Below, in pieces: positions 9,523 to 19,730 of a stretch of 64,000 bases of DNA. The position numbers were made by a program, and so were the translations under genes. How positions within the stretch are numbered: the first letter of the stretch is position 1; each line of letters opens with the position of its first letter. Source of the stretch: Candidatus Hydrogenedentota bacterium (GTDB lineage: Bacteria; Hydrogenedentota; Hydrogenedentia; Hydrogenedentales; SLHB01); assembly GCA_045863295.1 (NCBI GenBank), contig BTWA01000003.1:160001-224000 (forward strand), given 5' to 3'. The notes under the pieces are model-generated. The model was not told the origin of the DNA, did no database searches, and worked only from the letters and a program-made list of their open reading frames with translations.

Positions 9523-10632
9523 TTATGTCGGTTTGGCAACCTTGTCAAAGACCGTCGACAAGATCGCTTCCACGATCAGATCGGCGGCGTTTGGGTGGGC
9601 GATTTGCCGGGCGCAATGCCCCATCAAATGCAGCGACTCCTGATTTCCAAGCAGTCGGCGGATGGCTGTCTGCAATGCCTCCGCGCTGCATTCGCTTTCC
9701 AGCATCAGCATCGCGGCTCCCGCGCGTTCCAACGCGCGCGCATTGTGCTCCTGATGATTGTCCGTCGCATGCGGGTAGGGAATAAGGATGGATGGTTTAC
9801 CCAAACACGCCAATTCCGCCGTGCCTGACGCACCGGAACGGCATACCACCAAATCCGCTGCCGAGCATGCAACGGCCATGGTATCGATAAAGGCAAAGAC
9901 ATGCACCGGCACAGGCGCGGAATCGGCCGCCTGTCGCGCTACGGCGGCATCCTGCGTGCCTGTGCCCCATACTATCTGCAACTCATCCCTTTTGAATCGA
10001 GGCAGGCATTCCATGATGACACGGTTGATCGACCCCGCACCCTGGCTGCCACCATACACGAGCAGTACCGGCACGTCTTGCCGCAAACCCAGCGCGTCAC
10101 GAGCCTCTGCCATCGAGGGAGGGGATATAAAATCGGACCGGACCGGATTACCCGTCACTTCGGAACGCTCTGCGGGAAATTGGCCCATGGTGTTTGTAAA
10201 GCTTAAGAAAATGCGGCTTGCCCGTCGCGCGAGCAATTGATTAGCTACACCCAAACGCAAGTTCTGTTCGTGCAGAAACGTCGGAAGGCCCATTCGCTGC
10301 GCGGCATACACCACCGGCAGCGAAACATAGCCGCCTACACCTAGTACCGCATCCGGTTGAAAAGTACGAATGTACAAAATGGCTTTACACAGTGACCAGG
10401 CCATTTTCACCGTTACCCACAGCTTGCGCAATCCCATGCGGCGGGGCCATCCCTCCACCGGCAACGAACGGAACGCAATCGATCGCGCTTTGCAGATGCG
10501 CTCCTCGATCGCACCCGCGCGGCCCACCCACTGCACCGACAGACGTGGATCGCGCCGCTGTAGTTCTTCTATGACCGCCACCGCGGGAAAGGCATGTCCC
10601 CCGGTGCCGCCGCCCGTCACCATAATTCGCAT
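9523..10632 (-). CDS. murG: Lipid II GlcNAc transferase MurG
   Basis: GGGTGGH, HEQN, GNPVR, GGSQGA, RSGA, HQEHNA. Confidence 0.96.
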   Translation of the reverse strand: MRIMVTGGGTGGHAFPAVAVIEELQRRDPRLSVQWVGRAGAIEERICKARSIAFRSLPVEGWPRRMGLRKLWVTVKMAWSLCKAILYIRTFQPDAVLGVGGYVSLPVVYAAQRMGLPTFLHEQNLRLGVANQLLARRASRIFLSFTNTMGQFPAERSEVTGNPVRSDFISPPSMAEARDALGLRQDVPVLLVYGGSQGAGSINRVIMECLPRFKRDELQIVWGTGTQDAAVARQAADSAPVPVHVFAFIDTMAVACSAADLVVCRSGASGTAELACLGKPSILIPYPHATDNHQEHNARALERAGAAMLMLESECSAEALQTAIRRLLGNQESLHLMGHCARQIAHPNAADLIVEAILSTVFDKVAKPT

Positions 10633-10649
10633 GGCTGGTTTGCTTTGTG

Positions 10650-11783
10650 TTATGCGGCAACCGGGCGCCGCGCACTCTCATGCACTTCGCACTGAACCGC
10701 AATATTAAACAGTACGCCAACAGACAACATATTGGCTAGCAAGGAAGACCCGCCCTCGCTGATGAACGGCAGGGCCAAACCCTTGGTGGGAAGTAAACCG
10801 GTGACCACCCCCATGTTCAATCCGGCCTGAAGAGTGACCAAAAATACAATACCCGCCGCCAGCAGAGTGCCGAATGTATCCGGCGCACTCAGTGCAATTC
10901 TGCGACCCACCACAAGCAGCGTGACAAATAAAAATACCAGAATGATCGAACCGGCCAACCCCATTTCCTCCCCCCAGACCGAAAAAATGAAGTCTGAATG
11001 CGCATCCGGAAGAAAATTGAGTTTCTGTTCGCCAGCCCCAAGCCCTTTGCCCCACATTGATCCCCGCGCAAACCCGGAGATGGACTCAATCAGTTGCATA
11101 CCCCCCTCGGACGAACGATATGCCCACGGATCGAACAGAGCTCGCACGCGTTCCAGGCGATACGGTTCTTGAATAATGGCTGCAATAAATCCCACGATGC
11201 CAGGCGTCACTATTAGGCCCAATTGCCAAAGAGGCGCGCCGGCCACAAACAACAGTATCATCATGCACGCACCCATAACCACGGGGGTTCCAAGGTCTTG
11301 TTGCATGAACACGAGTCCCCCAAACAGTGCGGTCCACAGCACGGCCGGAATAAACATCGTAAAGAACCGCACCCCCTTTTCCGAGGAATGCGCCAGCTTG
11401 GCCGATAACACGATAATCAATACCAGCTTGGCGAGTTCGGACGCCTGCAACGTGAACCCGCCCAAATTGATCCATCTGCGCCCGCCGCGGATTTCTTCGG
11501 AAATGAACAGCGTCAATACTAGAAGTCCGATGATCCCGATCACGAGCATGCCTCGAACGCCCAAGCGCAAATAATTGTGATAGTCGAACCTCGCGGCAAG
11601 TATCATCACGGCGAATCCAACCACCACCTTGATGAGTTGCTCGATCAAGTAGTGCGGCGACACCGTGCCGTCGAATTCCTTGTTGTCGTACACGTTTACG
11701 GAATTCGCGCTGTATACCATCAATGTGCCCAGCAGGATCAAAATGAGCACGACGTTGAGCAGGATCGTCGTTTCCCGGTTCAT
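10650..11783 (-). CDS. ftsW: Cell division protein FtsW
   Basis: RRWI..QASELAK, QQDLGT, GEEMG, LPTKGLALPFISEGGSS; dcw position. Confidence 0.95.
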   Translation of the reverse strand: MNRETTILLNVVLILILLGTLMVYSANSVNVYDNKEFDGTVSPHYLIEQLIKVVVGFAVMILAARFDYHNYLRLGVRGMLVIGIIGLLVLTLFISEEIRGGRRWINLGGFTLQASELAKLVLIIVLSAKLAHSSEKGVRFFTMFIPAVLWTALFGGLVFMQQDLGTPVVMGACMMILLFVAGAPLWQLGLIVTPGIVGFIAAIIQEPYRLERVRALFDPWAYRSSEGGMQLIESISGFARGSMWGKGLGAGEQKLNFLPDAHSDFIFSVWGEEMGLAGSIILVFLFVTLLVVGRRIALSAPDTFGTLLAAGIVFLVTLQAGLNMGVVTGLLPTKGLALPFISEGGSSLLANMLSVGVLFNIAVQCEVHESARRPVAA

Positions 11784-13138
11784 GATGCCACCCCTAGACG
11801 TTGCATCCGTGCCACGCACTCCTTGAAGACGCGGCCGCGATGTTCAAAATTCTCAAACATGTCAAAACTCGCACAAGCGGGCGACAACAACACGGAGTCT
11901 CCCGCGGACGCGGCGGCGGCCGCCTTACGCACGGCCTCGTCCATGGACCCCGCATGGGTCAACGAAACCGCCGCGCCAAACGCCTTTTCCATCTGGAACG
12001 CATCGGCACCAATCAGTACAAGGTGCTTGACACGCTCCCGCACGAGATCGGTCAAAACGCCGTAATCGGCGCCTTTGCCTTCGCCGCCCGCAATCAGCAC
12101 GACCGGTTCTTCGAAACTCTCCAATGCCACGCGCAGGCTGTCAATGTTGGTCGATTTCGAATCGTTGTAGTACTTCACGCCATCCAACACCGCGACATAC
12201 TCAATGCGATGTTCGACACCGCGAAACGAACGTAACCCCTTGAGCACATCGTCCCAGGCGAATCCGCCCGCATACATGCACGTTAGCGCGGCCAGCACAT
12301 TGGACAAATTGTGACGGCCCTTCAGTTGAGTGTCCGTGTGATGGGCCATCGGCTCGTCGCCAAAAAATATCGTGCCCGCCTTGCTTACCCAGAATCCCGC
12401 GTGCAACCGGTTATTGATGCTGAACGACCACTTTATCGACCGGGTTCGGCAGGCCATCGCGGCCACGCGCGGATCGTCATAGTTGAACACGGCCGAATCT
12501 CCGCTGTGCTGTTTCTCGAAAATGCGCGCCTTGACCGCCGCGTAGGCATCAACGCTGCCGTGCCGCGCGAGATGGTCGGGAGTCACGTTCAAGACGGAGG
12601 CAATCCACGGCCTGAAGGTTTGAACCAATTCCAATTGGTAACTGCTGACCTCCAACACCACCATCTCGGGAGCCGGATCCAGCAGCACGGCATCGGAAAA
12701 CGGCATCTCATTGTTGCCGGCCAATGCAACACGGTATCCGCATGCGGCTACCAGCGATCGCAGTAACTCAGTCGTGGTTGTTTTTCCATTCGTGCCCGTA
12801 ACGGCAATGATCTTCGGACGGCAAAATGGAAACGCCAACTCCAACTCGCTCAGCACAAGAGCCCCCGACTGCTTCGCCTGTGCAATCAAAGGCAACGCGG
12901 GTGGAACACCTGGGCTGGGTATCACGGCAAAGGCATTCTCCGTCGCGCGCGGCGTGTGCCCGCCGCATTCAAATGCCACCCCGGTTGCGCGCAACGCCTC
13001 TTTGAAAGGCTGTAACTTAGCGTCATCCCGGCTTTCCGTGACAAAGGGTTCCGCACCCTCTCGCAACAAAAGACGTACGGCGGCAAGGGCAGTCCTGCCC
13101 AAGCCGACAACGGTCACTCTTTTGCCGCGCAAATTCAT
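11780..13138 (-). CDS. murD: UDP-MurNAc-L-Ala:D-Glu ligase
   Basis: SPGVP, TGTNGKTTT, EVSSYQL, NDSKSTN, SPACASFDMF. Confidence 0.96.
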   Translation of the reverse strand: MNLRGKRVTVVGLGRTALAAVRLLLREGAEPFVTESRDDAKLQPFKEALRATGVAFECGGHTPRATENAFAVIPSPGVPPALPLIAQAKQSGALVLSELELAFPFCRPKIIAVTGTNGKTTTTELLRSLVAACGYRVALAGNNEMPFSDAVLLDPAPEMVVLEVSSYQLELVQTFRPWIASVLNVTPDHLARHGSVDAYAAVKARIFEKQHSGDSAVFNYDDPRVAAMACRTRSIKWSFSINNRLHAGFWVSKAGTIFFGDEPMAHHTDTQLKGRHNLSNVLAALTCMYAGGFAWDDVLKGLRSFRGVEHRIEYVAVLDGVKYYNDSKSTNIDSLRVALESFEEPVVLIAGGEGKGADYGVLTDLVRERVKHLVLIGADAFQMEKAFGAAVSLTHAGSMDEAVRKAAAAASAGDSVLLSPACASFDMFENFEHRGRVFKECVARMQRLGVAS

Positions 13139-13140
13139 GC

Positions 13141-14670
13141 CTACCTCAATTTCAATGTCGCAAGACTCATCAACGCAAACAATACCGCCAGAATCCAGAA
13201 GCGGATGGTCACTTTGGTTTCGGACCAACCCAAAAGTTCAAAATGGTGATGAAGAGGCGCCATACGGAAAATCCGTTTCTTGCGCAATTTGTACGATGCC
13301 ACCTGCAGTATCACGCTCCCAGCTTCCATCACAAACAACCCACCCACGACAATCAGCAGCAACTCCTGCTTCGTCAAAATCGCCATCGTGCCGATGGCGC
13401 CGCCCAGCGCCAGCGAACCCGTATCGCCCATGAACACTTCCGCCGGGTGTGAATTGAACCAGAGAAAACCCAGCCCGGCGCCCAGCAGCGCCGCGCCAAA
13501 CACGGTGAGTTCGGTGGCTTCGGGCACATGGATCAAAAACAAATAGGAGGACCAATCCGCGCGGCTGACGACATAGGCAATGGCCGTGTATGCCATGATG
13601 GATACCAGAGACGCCCCAATGGCCAGCCCATCCAAGCCGTCCGTCAAATTCACGGCATTCGATGACCCCACCACAATCACCATGACAAACAGGGCGTAGC
13701 CAATGCTCAACGGAATCAAAACCATCTTAAGGCCCGGAATCTCCAGCTTCGTGTGCAGACCCGGATCGAATGGCAGGATTATCGACGGAAACACGTCTTC
13801 CATCAGAATGCGATTGATCTGAACCCGCCGCCAGGCCGGCAAATCATCGCCTCCAGCCACCAACTCGGACACGGCTTGGGCATCGGTCGTGATGCCCGAC
13901 CATGACTCTTCGCTGTAAAACGCGGGGGAACTCAATGCGTTGTTCACTGCACGCAACACGTCTTCACGATTGGTATTGTATTCTTCCGCGACGGCGGCCG
14001 CGGTATGAACCGTTGACGCTCCCGAGTCCGAATTGGGTTCAAGCGCCGGCTCCGCCCCTTGTGAGGGTCTCACGTAGTTGTCATGAACCAATGCAGCGAT
14101 GTGCGATTGAGCGCCGTTCGAGGGCTGCGACAGGGCCTCGGTAAATTCGCGCCAATCCGAGACATCCCTGAGTGAAAGGTGACCCTGGCCATTGGTTATC
14201 GGCTCGGAAAAGGTAAGGTACAATCCGAGCGCGAGGCCAATTACGATCTGTCCGGCGAACTTGCCTTTGGCGGTCAACCCCAAATTCCGTTTCTTCCGCA
14301 AGGCCAGATAGTCGTCCAAGAACCCAATCAACCCCAGGGCGCTCAGCATCAACACGGATATGATGAGCAACCGGTTGGAAAAGCGGCCCCACAAAAACAG
14401 CGCAAATACCGTCGATGTTATAATCAGCGCGCCGCCCATGGTGGGTGTACCGGCCTTGCCCTTGTGCAATGCATGCAAGTCGGCCACGTGTTCCTGACGG
14501 ATAAATTGTCCGAATTTTACCGCACGCAGCCACCGGATCATCGCGGGTCCGGCCAAAAGCGAAATCAAAAAAGCCGTCACAGCCGCCCCGCCGGATCGCA
14601 CGGTCAAATACGTAAACAAATTGAGTATCGCAAGATCAGGGGTCAGCCATTCCGACAAATAATAAAACAT
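13141..14670 (-). CDS. mraY: Phospho-MurNAc-pentapeptide transferase with ~150-aa insertion
   Basis: KAGTPTMGG, GFLDDY, NAVNLTDGLDGLA, FMGDTGSL, MAPLHHHFE; 509 aa. Confidence 0.96.
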   Translation of the reverse strand: MFYYLSEWLTPDLAILNLFTYLTVRSGGAAVTAFLISLLAGPAMIRWLRAVKFGQFIRQEHVADLHALHKGKAGTPTMGGALIITSTVFALFLWGRFSNRLLIISVLMLSALGLIGFLDDYLALRKKRNLGLTAKGKFAGQIVIGLALGLYLTFSEPITNGQGHLSLRDVSDWREFTEALSQPSNGAQSHIAALVHDNYVRPSQGAEPALEPNSDSGASTVHTAAAVAEEYNTNREDVLRAVNNALSSPAFYSEESWSGITTDAQAVSELVAGGDDLPAWRRVQINRILMEDVFPSIILPFDPGLHTKLEIPGLKMVLIPLSIGYALFVMVIVVGSSNAVNLTDGLDGLAIGASLVSIMAYTAIAYVVSRADWSSYLFLIHVPEATELTVFGAALLGAGLGFLWFNSHPAEVFMGDTGSLALGGAIGTMAILTKQELLLIVVGGLFVMEAGSVILQVASYKLRKKRIFRMAPLHHHFELLGWSETKVTIRFWILAVLFALMSLATLKLR

Positions 14671-14696
14671 GGTCTCTCAAATTGGGTTGAGTGCGA

Positions 14697-16046
14697 TTAT
14701 GTCCGTGAAATCCGGGCGCGCAATGCCTCGATAACGCGCTCCATTCGCATCCCTCGCGACCCTTTTACCAGCAGTCGGTCGCCAGGTTTCAAAACATCAT
14801 GAAGGGCATCGGCCAGGGCTTCGTGAGTGTCGAAGGTTTGAGCGTGGGGACATCCCGCCACACGGGCACCCTCGATCGTAGCATACGCAAACGGACCATA
14901 CGCAAATAGACACATCACGCCGGAACGGCCCGCTTTTTCGCCGATTTGGCGGTGCATGGCCTCCGCGTCGGGTCCCAGTTCGAGCATATCTCCAAGCGCC
15001 GCCAGCCGCTGGCCACCACCTGGACGCGCCGCCAATCCATCCAGCGCCGCCGCCACGCTCAGCGGGCTCGCGTTGTAAGTGTCGTCGATGACTTCTATAC
15101 CGCCGATATCGAGCCGCTTGAATCGCGCGGGATCGCTTGTGGCTTTCTCCAGTGCCTCCTGGAACTCGGTCACGCCATGCCGCAACCCCACCGCGACTGC
15201 AAGCAGTACGTTGGAGATATGCGAAGGGCTCGGTAGCATCAACTCCAATTCGCCGATAGGGTCGACCGTCAGTCGAAGTGCCCCCGCGTCCGTGTATTCC
15301 CACGATGTCGCGTTGACCGCGCCCCCCGGTCCAAATCCTATCTTCTCTCCCGAGAACCGTTCAGCGATTTGCACACACCAAGGGTCGCCTGTGTTCACGT
15401 AGAACACGCCGTCTGGAGGCAACGCCTCGGCTATTTCCCCTTTGGTGCGGGCAATGTTTTCGATGGAACCAAACCCGGCGAGATGCACGGGAGCCACCAA
15501 CGTGACGGCGGACTCCGTGGGCCTCGAAAGCGCGCATAGCTCCGCGATATTTCCCGTATTGGCGGCGCCCATCTCAATGATCGCCGCATCGGTCGCGGCG
15601 TCAATTTGCAGTAACGATAATGGACACCCCACTTCGTTATTCAGATTGCCCTGAGTTTTGACAACCGTCAGGCGAGTACCCAACACCGCGGAAACCAAAT
15701 CCTTGGATGTCGTTTTTCCGCACGATCCGGTCAGGCCAAACACGAGAGGGTGATGGCGCATCCGGTGACAGTGAGCAAATCGCTGCAAGGCGGCCTGAGC
15801 ATTGTCTACAATCACGCACGGACCGCCGCTGAGCCTGGAACTCGCCACCACGGCAACGGCACCCTTGGAGAACGCCTCCGCGGCAAAGGCTTCGCCGTCG
15901 AAGTTCGGGCCCCGCAACGCAAAGAATACTTGCCCGGACTGCAACTTTCGGGTATCTGTGGAAACAGACGAAAAAGTCGCAATGGATCCGGTGGAAACTC
16001 CTCCCGCCATCGCGGCCAATTCATCGACTGTATACGACCAACCCAA
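14697..16046 (-). CDS. murF: UDP-MurNAc-tripeptide:D-Ala-D-Ala ligase
   Basis: TGSCGKTTSK, GNLNNEVG, IDDTYNASP, LGDMLELG, VKGSRG. Confidence 0.95.
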   Translation of the reverse strand: MGWSYTVDELAAMAGGVSTGSIATFSSVSTDTRKLQSGQVFFALRGPNFDGEAFAAEAFSKGAVAVVASSRLSGGPCVIVDNAQAALQRFAHCHRMRHHPLVFGLTGSCGKTTSKDLVSAVLGTRLTVVKTQGNLNNEVGCPLSLLQIDAATDAAIIEMGAANTGNIAELCALSRPTESAVTLVAPVHLAGFGSIENIARTKGEIAEALPPDGVFYVNTGDPWCVQIAERFSGEKIGFGPGGAVNATSWEYTDAGALRLTVDPIGELELMLPSPSHISNVLLAVAVGLRHGVTEFQEALEKATSDPARFKRLDIGGIEVIDDTYNASPLSVAAALDGLAARPGGGQRLAALGDMLELGPDAEAMHRQIGEKAGRSGVMCLFAYGPFAYATIEGARVAGCPHAQTFDTHEALADALHDVLKPGDRLLVKGSRGMRMERVIEALRARISRT

Positions 16047-16048
16047 TG

Positions 16049-17515
16049 TCAGTGTCCCTGTATCACCGCGATCGCTTCCTCGCGATCGTCGAAGTGCAAC
16101 TTGGTAGAACCCAAAATCTGGTAATTCTCATGACCTTTGCCCGCAATCAAAACGAGATCGCCCGGCCGCGCGCGCGCAATCGCCTCGCGAATCGCTTCGC
16201 GCCGATCCACGATCGTCAGGTACTCCTGGTATTTGCTCTTGCCGCTTTGCTGCATGCCCACTTCTATATCGAGTACGATGGTTTCCGGATCCTCGGTGCG
16301 CGGATTGTCCGAAGTGATGATGGCAAAATCGGAAAGCTCACCGGCGACCTTGCCCATCTTGGGGCGCTTGCCCTTGTCCCGGTCACCCCCGCAGCCAAAC
16401 ACAACAATGACCCGGCCGCGACACACGCCGCGGGCCGCAAGCAAAACGTTGCGAAGTCCGTCGTCGGTATGGGCGTAGTCCACCACAATCTTGAACGGCT
16501 GACCGGCATTCACCGCGTCAAATCGGCCAGGCACCCGATCAAATGTTCGAATGCCGTTCTCCACCTGCTCCAAGCCAACACCTTGACCCAGACTGAGCGC
16601 AATAGCGCACAAAGCGTTGGATACGTTATGTTGACCAAGCAATCGAAGCTCGATTGAGGCCTGACCCCAAGGCGACTCCAGCATAAAACGGGTGGCATCT
16701 TCGCCATATTTCACATTGACAGCCCGGCAATCGCCGCCCGCCCCGTACGTGTAACAGGGCACGCGCGACGCGCGAATAAACACATCGGCGCTGGGGTCTT
16801 CGCGGTTCACCACCGTAAACCGGTCCCCGCCTTCCATTCCTTCAAATAGAAGTAGTTTGGCCTTCAAATACGCTTCCATGTTGCCATGATAGTCAAGGTG
16901 ATCCTGGGTCAGATTGGTAAAAGCAGCGGCGGAAAAATGAATACCCGCCACGCGATGTTGCTCCAAAGCGATCGAACTCACTTCCATCACCGCATGCGTG
17001 ACGCCAGCCGCTCGGGCTTCCGCGAAAAATGCCGCCAGGTCCTCGCCCATGGGCGTCGTGAGCAGAGCCTCCCGGCGTTCCCCCGCGATCTCCTGCCAGA
17101 CGGTTCCGGCGAACGCCGTCGAGTAACCCGCCGCACCCAGCACATGCTGTGCCATGAGCGCGGTGCTGGTCTTCCCGTTGGTGCCCGTGATGCCCGAAAC
17201 CCGAACAGCCTGCGTAGGATGAGAAACGATCGCGTGCGCCAACAAGCCCAGCGCCTGCCGGGGATGCGGGTGAAAGAAATAGGGAAGGCCACAAAACTCG
17301 GCCAACCCCGATCGCGCGCCCAGGATTGCCACCGCGCCACGTTGAGCGGCGTCCGCCGCAAATTCGTGCCCATCCACCCGGGTTCCTTGCGCCGCGACAA
17401 ACACCGTACCCGGACGGACACGGTCCGACCGCTCCGTCACGCCGGTTACTTCGGCGTCGGATCCACAAACGCCTTCACAGCGTAGAAGCAGGGGCAACTG
17501 GCGCAGGGTTATCAT
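16049..17515 (-). CDS. murE: UDP-MurNAc-dipeptide:meso-DAP ligase
   Basis: TGTNGKT, MEVSS, TNLTQDHLDYH, DYAHT, DNPR (mDAP-type), AGKGHE. Confidence 0.96.
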   Translation of the reverse strand: MITLRQLPLLLRCEGVCGSDAEVTGVTERSDRVRPGTVFVAAQGTRVDGHEFAADAAQRGAVAILGARSGLAEFCGLPYFFHPHPRQALGLLAHAIVSHPTQAVRVSGITGTNGKTSTALMAQHVLGAAGYSTAFAGTVWQEIAGERREALLTTPMGEDLAAFFAEARAAGVTHAVMEVSSIALEQHRVAGIHFSAAAFTNLTQDHLDYHGNMEAYLKAKLLLFEGMEGGDRFTVVNREDPSADVFIRASRVPCYTYGAGGDCRAVNVKYGEDATRFMLESPWGQASIELRLLGQHNVSNALCAIALSLGQGVGLEQVENGIRTFDRVPGRFDAVNAGQPFKIVVDYAHTDDGLRNVLLAARGVCRGRVIVVFGCGGDRDKGKRPKMGKVAGELSDFAIITSDNPRTEDPETIVLDIEVGMQQSGKSKYQEYLTIVDRREAIREAIARARPGDLVLIAGKGHENYQILGSTKLHFDDREEAIAVIQGH

Positions 17516-19730
17516 GATGTTCCGTACGCTTGCTCGAAAATATCAACCGGCACAGGCGCACATCCTTCAACGGCGCTCCGGCGGGGGGATCCTGGGCAAT
17601 AAGCCAACCCGTTCCTTGCACATCCCAGCGCAGGCCGGTGGGCACAAGCCGTTCCCACACCTGCTGCTTGGTCAGGCCGCGCAGATCCGGCATCACGCCC
17701 ACCTCTGCGCGCTGCAACTCTTCGGCCACTTCGGGGGAAAGGAATGCCAGACTGTCGTTTAACGTCGATTCCAGCAACTCCTCCTCCATCCGGGCAACCA
17801 TCGCATCCGGATCCTCGATCGCGGGTTCGGCGGGCACTTGCACCTCTGCAGGCACGGTCGGCGCATTGGGAAGTGAAGCCAACTGCACAGGCGCGGGCGC
17901 TTCCTTTTCCTGAAATTCTTCTTCCATCGGATCTTCAGGCACCGCCAACCGGATAAGTGCCTCGCGGACAACCTCTTTAAATATCGGCCCGCAAACATAA
18001 CCGCCGTAATGGCTCTTACCTTGCGGATTGTGCACCACGATGACGGTCGCAATTCGAGGCGACGTCACCGGAGCGAAGCCGGCAAACACCGAGTTATACC
18101 GGTCGCGGTAATAGCCGCCCGTTTCCAGGTTCGCTATCTGCGCCGTACCCGTCTTGCCGCCTACGCGGTATTCCGGAATCCGCGCGTATTTGCCCGTGCC
18201 GTGAGTAACCACCTGATAACACAATTCCCGCATGGTGTCGGAAGTTTCCTGCGACATGATCCGGGTAAATTCTTTCGACTCGCGTTGAAATGTAATCTGG
18301 CCGTCCTTGTTCACCGCGCGCGTCACCAGATGCGGCTCGACCAGATATCCGCCGTTGGCAATCGCGCTGAACGCGCGTCCCAGTTGGAGCATTGTCACCG
18401 CTATCTCCTGCCCTATCGGTAACGAAATCGGAGACAGTTTGGACCATTGTTTCTTTGGCCGGTAAATACCAGGGCTTTCCGCCGGAAGATCTTTACAGGT
18501 GCGCTGGCCGAAGCCAAACCGCTGGATCCACTCATTCAACACTTCCGGACCCAGGCGATCAGCCACTTTGATAATGCCAATGTTGCTGGATTCCGCAAAG
18601 CATTCGGCAAACGTGACCACATTCATCTTGTGTACGTCTTTAATCAACCGGCGGCCGGCAAACACATATTGGCCGCCTTCGCAGTTTACCGTGGAGTCCA
18701 GGGTTACCGCGCCGGTTTCCAAAGCTGCCGCCGCCGTCACGATCTTGAACGCCGATCCCGGCTCAAATACATCCGTGATCGCGCGGTTTTTTCGTAACTC
18801 CGGTGTATATTCGTTAAACACATTTGGGTCGAAGGCGGGAAGACTGGCCAACGCCAGAATTGCTCCGGTGTGGACATCCATGATGATGCCCATGGCACGC
18901 GTCGCTTCGTTCTCTTCCATGGCCTTCTCAAGGGATCGCTCCAGCCCATGCTGAATCGCCTTGTCCAGCGTCAAATGAATGTCGTCGCCGCCTTCGGGCG
19001 CCACGTATTCGAGTGTTTGTGAATTCAAAAGATTGCGATCGCGATCAACCCGCGCTTTGTGGCGTCCGTCCACGCTGTGGAGGTATTTGTGATAAACCGC
19101 CTCCACGCCTTCCACGCCCACCTGTTCCCGGTTCACATAGCCAAGCACATGCGAAGCCAGTTTGCGTTCGGGGTAAAAACGCACCGGTTCGTGCTTCACA
19201 CGCAATCCCGGGCCGATCAACTCGTCCAACGGTCCCAGCGCCTTGAACTCTTCTTCACTAAGCCATCGTTTAATCGGTACATCCTGCATCAGACGGCCAT
19301 TGGCCGAACGCGCATTCAACCGTGTAAACAACTGCTTTTCGTCGATCGAGAGTTTCAGACTCAATACCTGCGCTGCACGCGCGATATCGTCCATCGCACT
19401 GGGATCGCCCCACAGGGAAGGAGCTTCCCGGTCCAGCGCCATAACGCGGCCTTCCCGATCGAAGATCTTTCCGCGCGGCGCCTGGATAGTTACTTCGGCA
19501 ACGTGAAGCTTGCCGTTTTGTTCTTTGATAATCCGTTCGTCGGGAGTCAAATGAAGTTGAGTCAAGCGCGCCGATACGGCAAAAAATCCAAAAAGAAAGA
19601 ACCAGAAAACCCACCGCATGCGGCTTTTCTGGAAATTGGAAACCGGTAACATGTCGGTGTCGGTTCTTCGCATGGTCAAAAGTGGCTCCTGGCCTCCCTT
19701 TCCAAACCGCGCCTTATAGTCACGGCTCAA
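17475..19730 (-). CDS. ftsI: Class B PBP FtsI with C-terminal PASTA-like domain
   Basis: RGKIFDR, EPGSAFK (SxxK), SSN, KTGTAQ; C-terminal MPDLRGL..QDPPAG. Confidence 0.92.
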   Translation of the reverse strand: MSRDYKARFGKGGQEPLLTMRRTDTDMLPVSNFQKSRMRWVFWFFLFGFFAVSARLTQLHLTPDERIIKEQNGKLHVAEVTIQAPRGKIFDREGRVMALDREAPSLWGDPSAMDDIARAAQVLSLKLSIDEKQLFTRLNARSANGRLMQDVPIKRWLSEEEFKALGPLDELIGPGLRVKHEPVRFYPERKLASHVLGYVNREQVGVEGVEAVYHKYLHSVDGRHKARVDRDRNLLNSQTLEYVAPEGGDDIHLTLDKAIQHGLERSLEKAMEENEATRAMGIIMDVHTGAILALASLPAFDPNVFNEYTPELRKNRAITDVFEPGSAFKIVTAAAALETGAVTLDSTVNCEGGQYVFAGRRLIKDVHKMNVVTFAECFAESSNIGIIKVADRLGPEVLNEWIQRFGFGQRTCKDLPAESPGIYRPKKQWSKLSPISLPIGQEIAVTMLQLGRAFSAIANGGYLVEPHLVTRAVNKDGQITFQRESKEFTRIMSQETSDTMRELCYQVVTHGTGKYARIPEYRVGGKTGTAQIANLETGGYYRDRYNSVFAGFAPVTSPRIATVIVVHNPQGKSHYGGYVCGPIFKEVVREALIRLAVPEDPMEEEFQEKEAPAPVQLASLPNAPTVPAEVQVPAEPAIEDPDAMVARMEEELLESTLNDSLAFLSPEVAEELQRAEVGVMPDLRGLTKQQVWERLVPTGLRWDVQGTGWLIAQDPPAGAPLKDVRLCRLIFSSKRTEHHDNPAPVAPASTL

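Noticed and set aside
13756..14199. Intein in MraY
   Set aside because: No C/S start with HN-C/S/T end and no LAGLIDADG motifs
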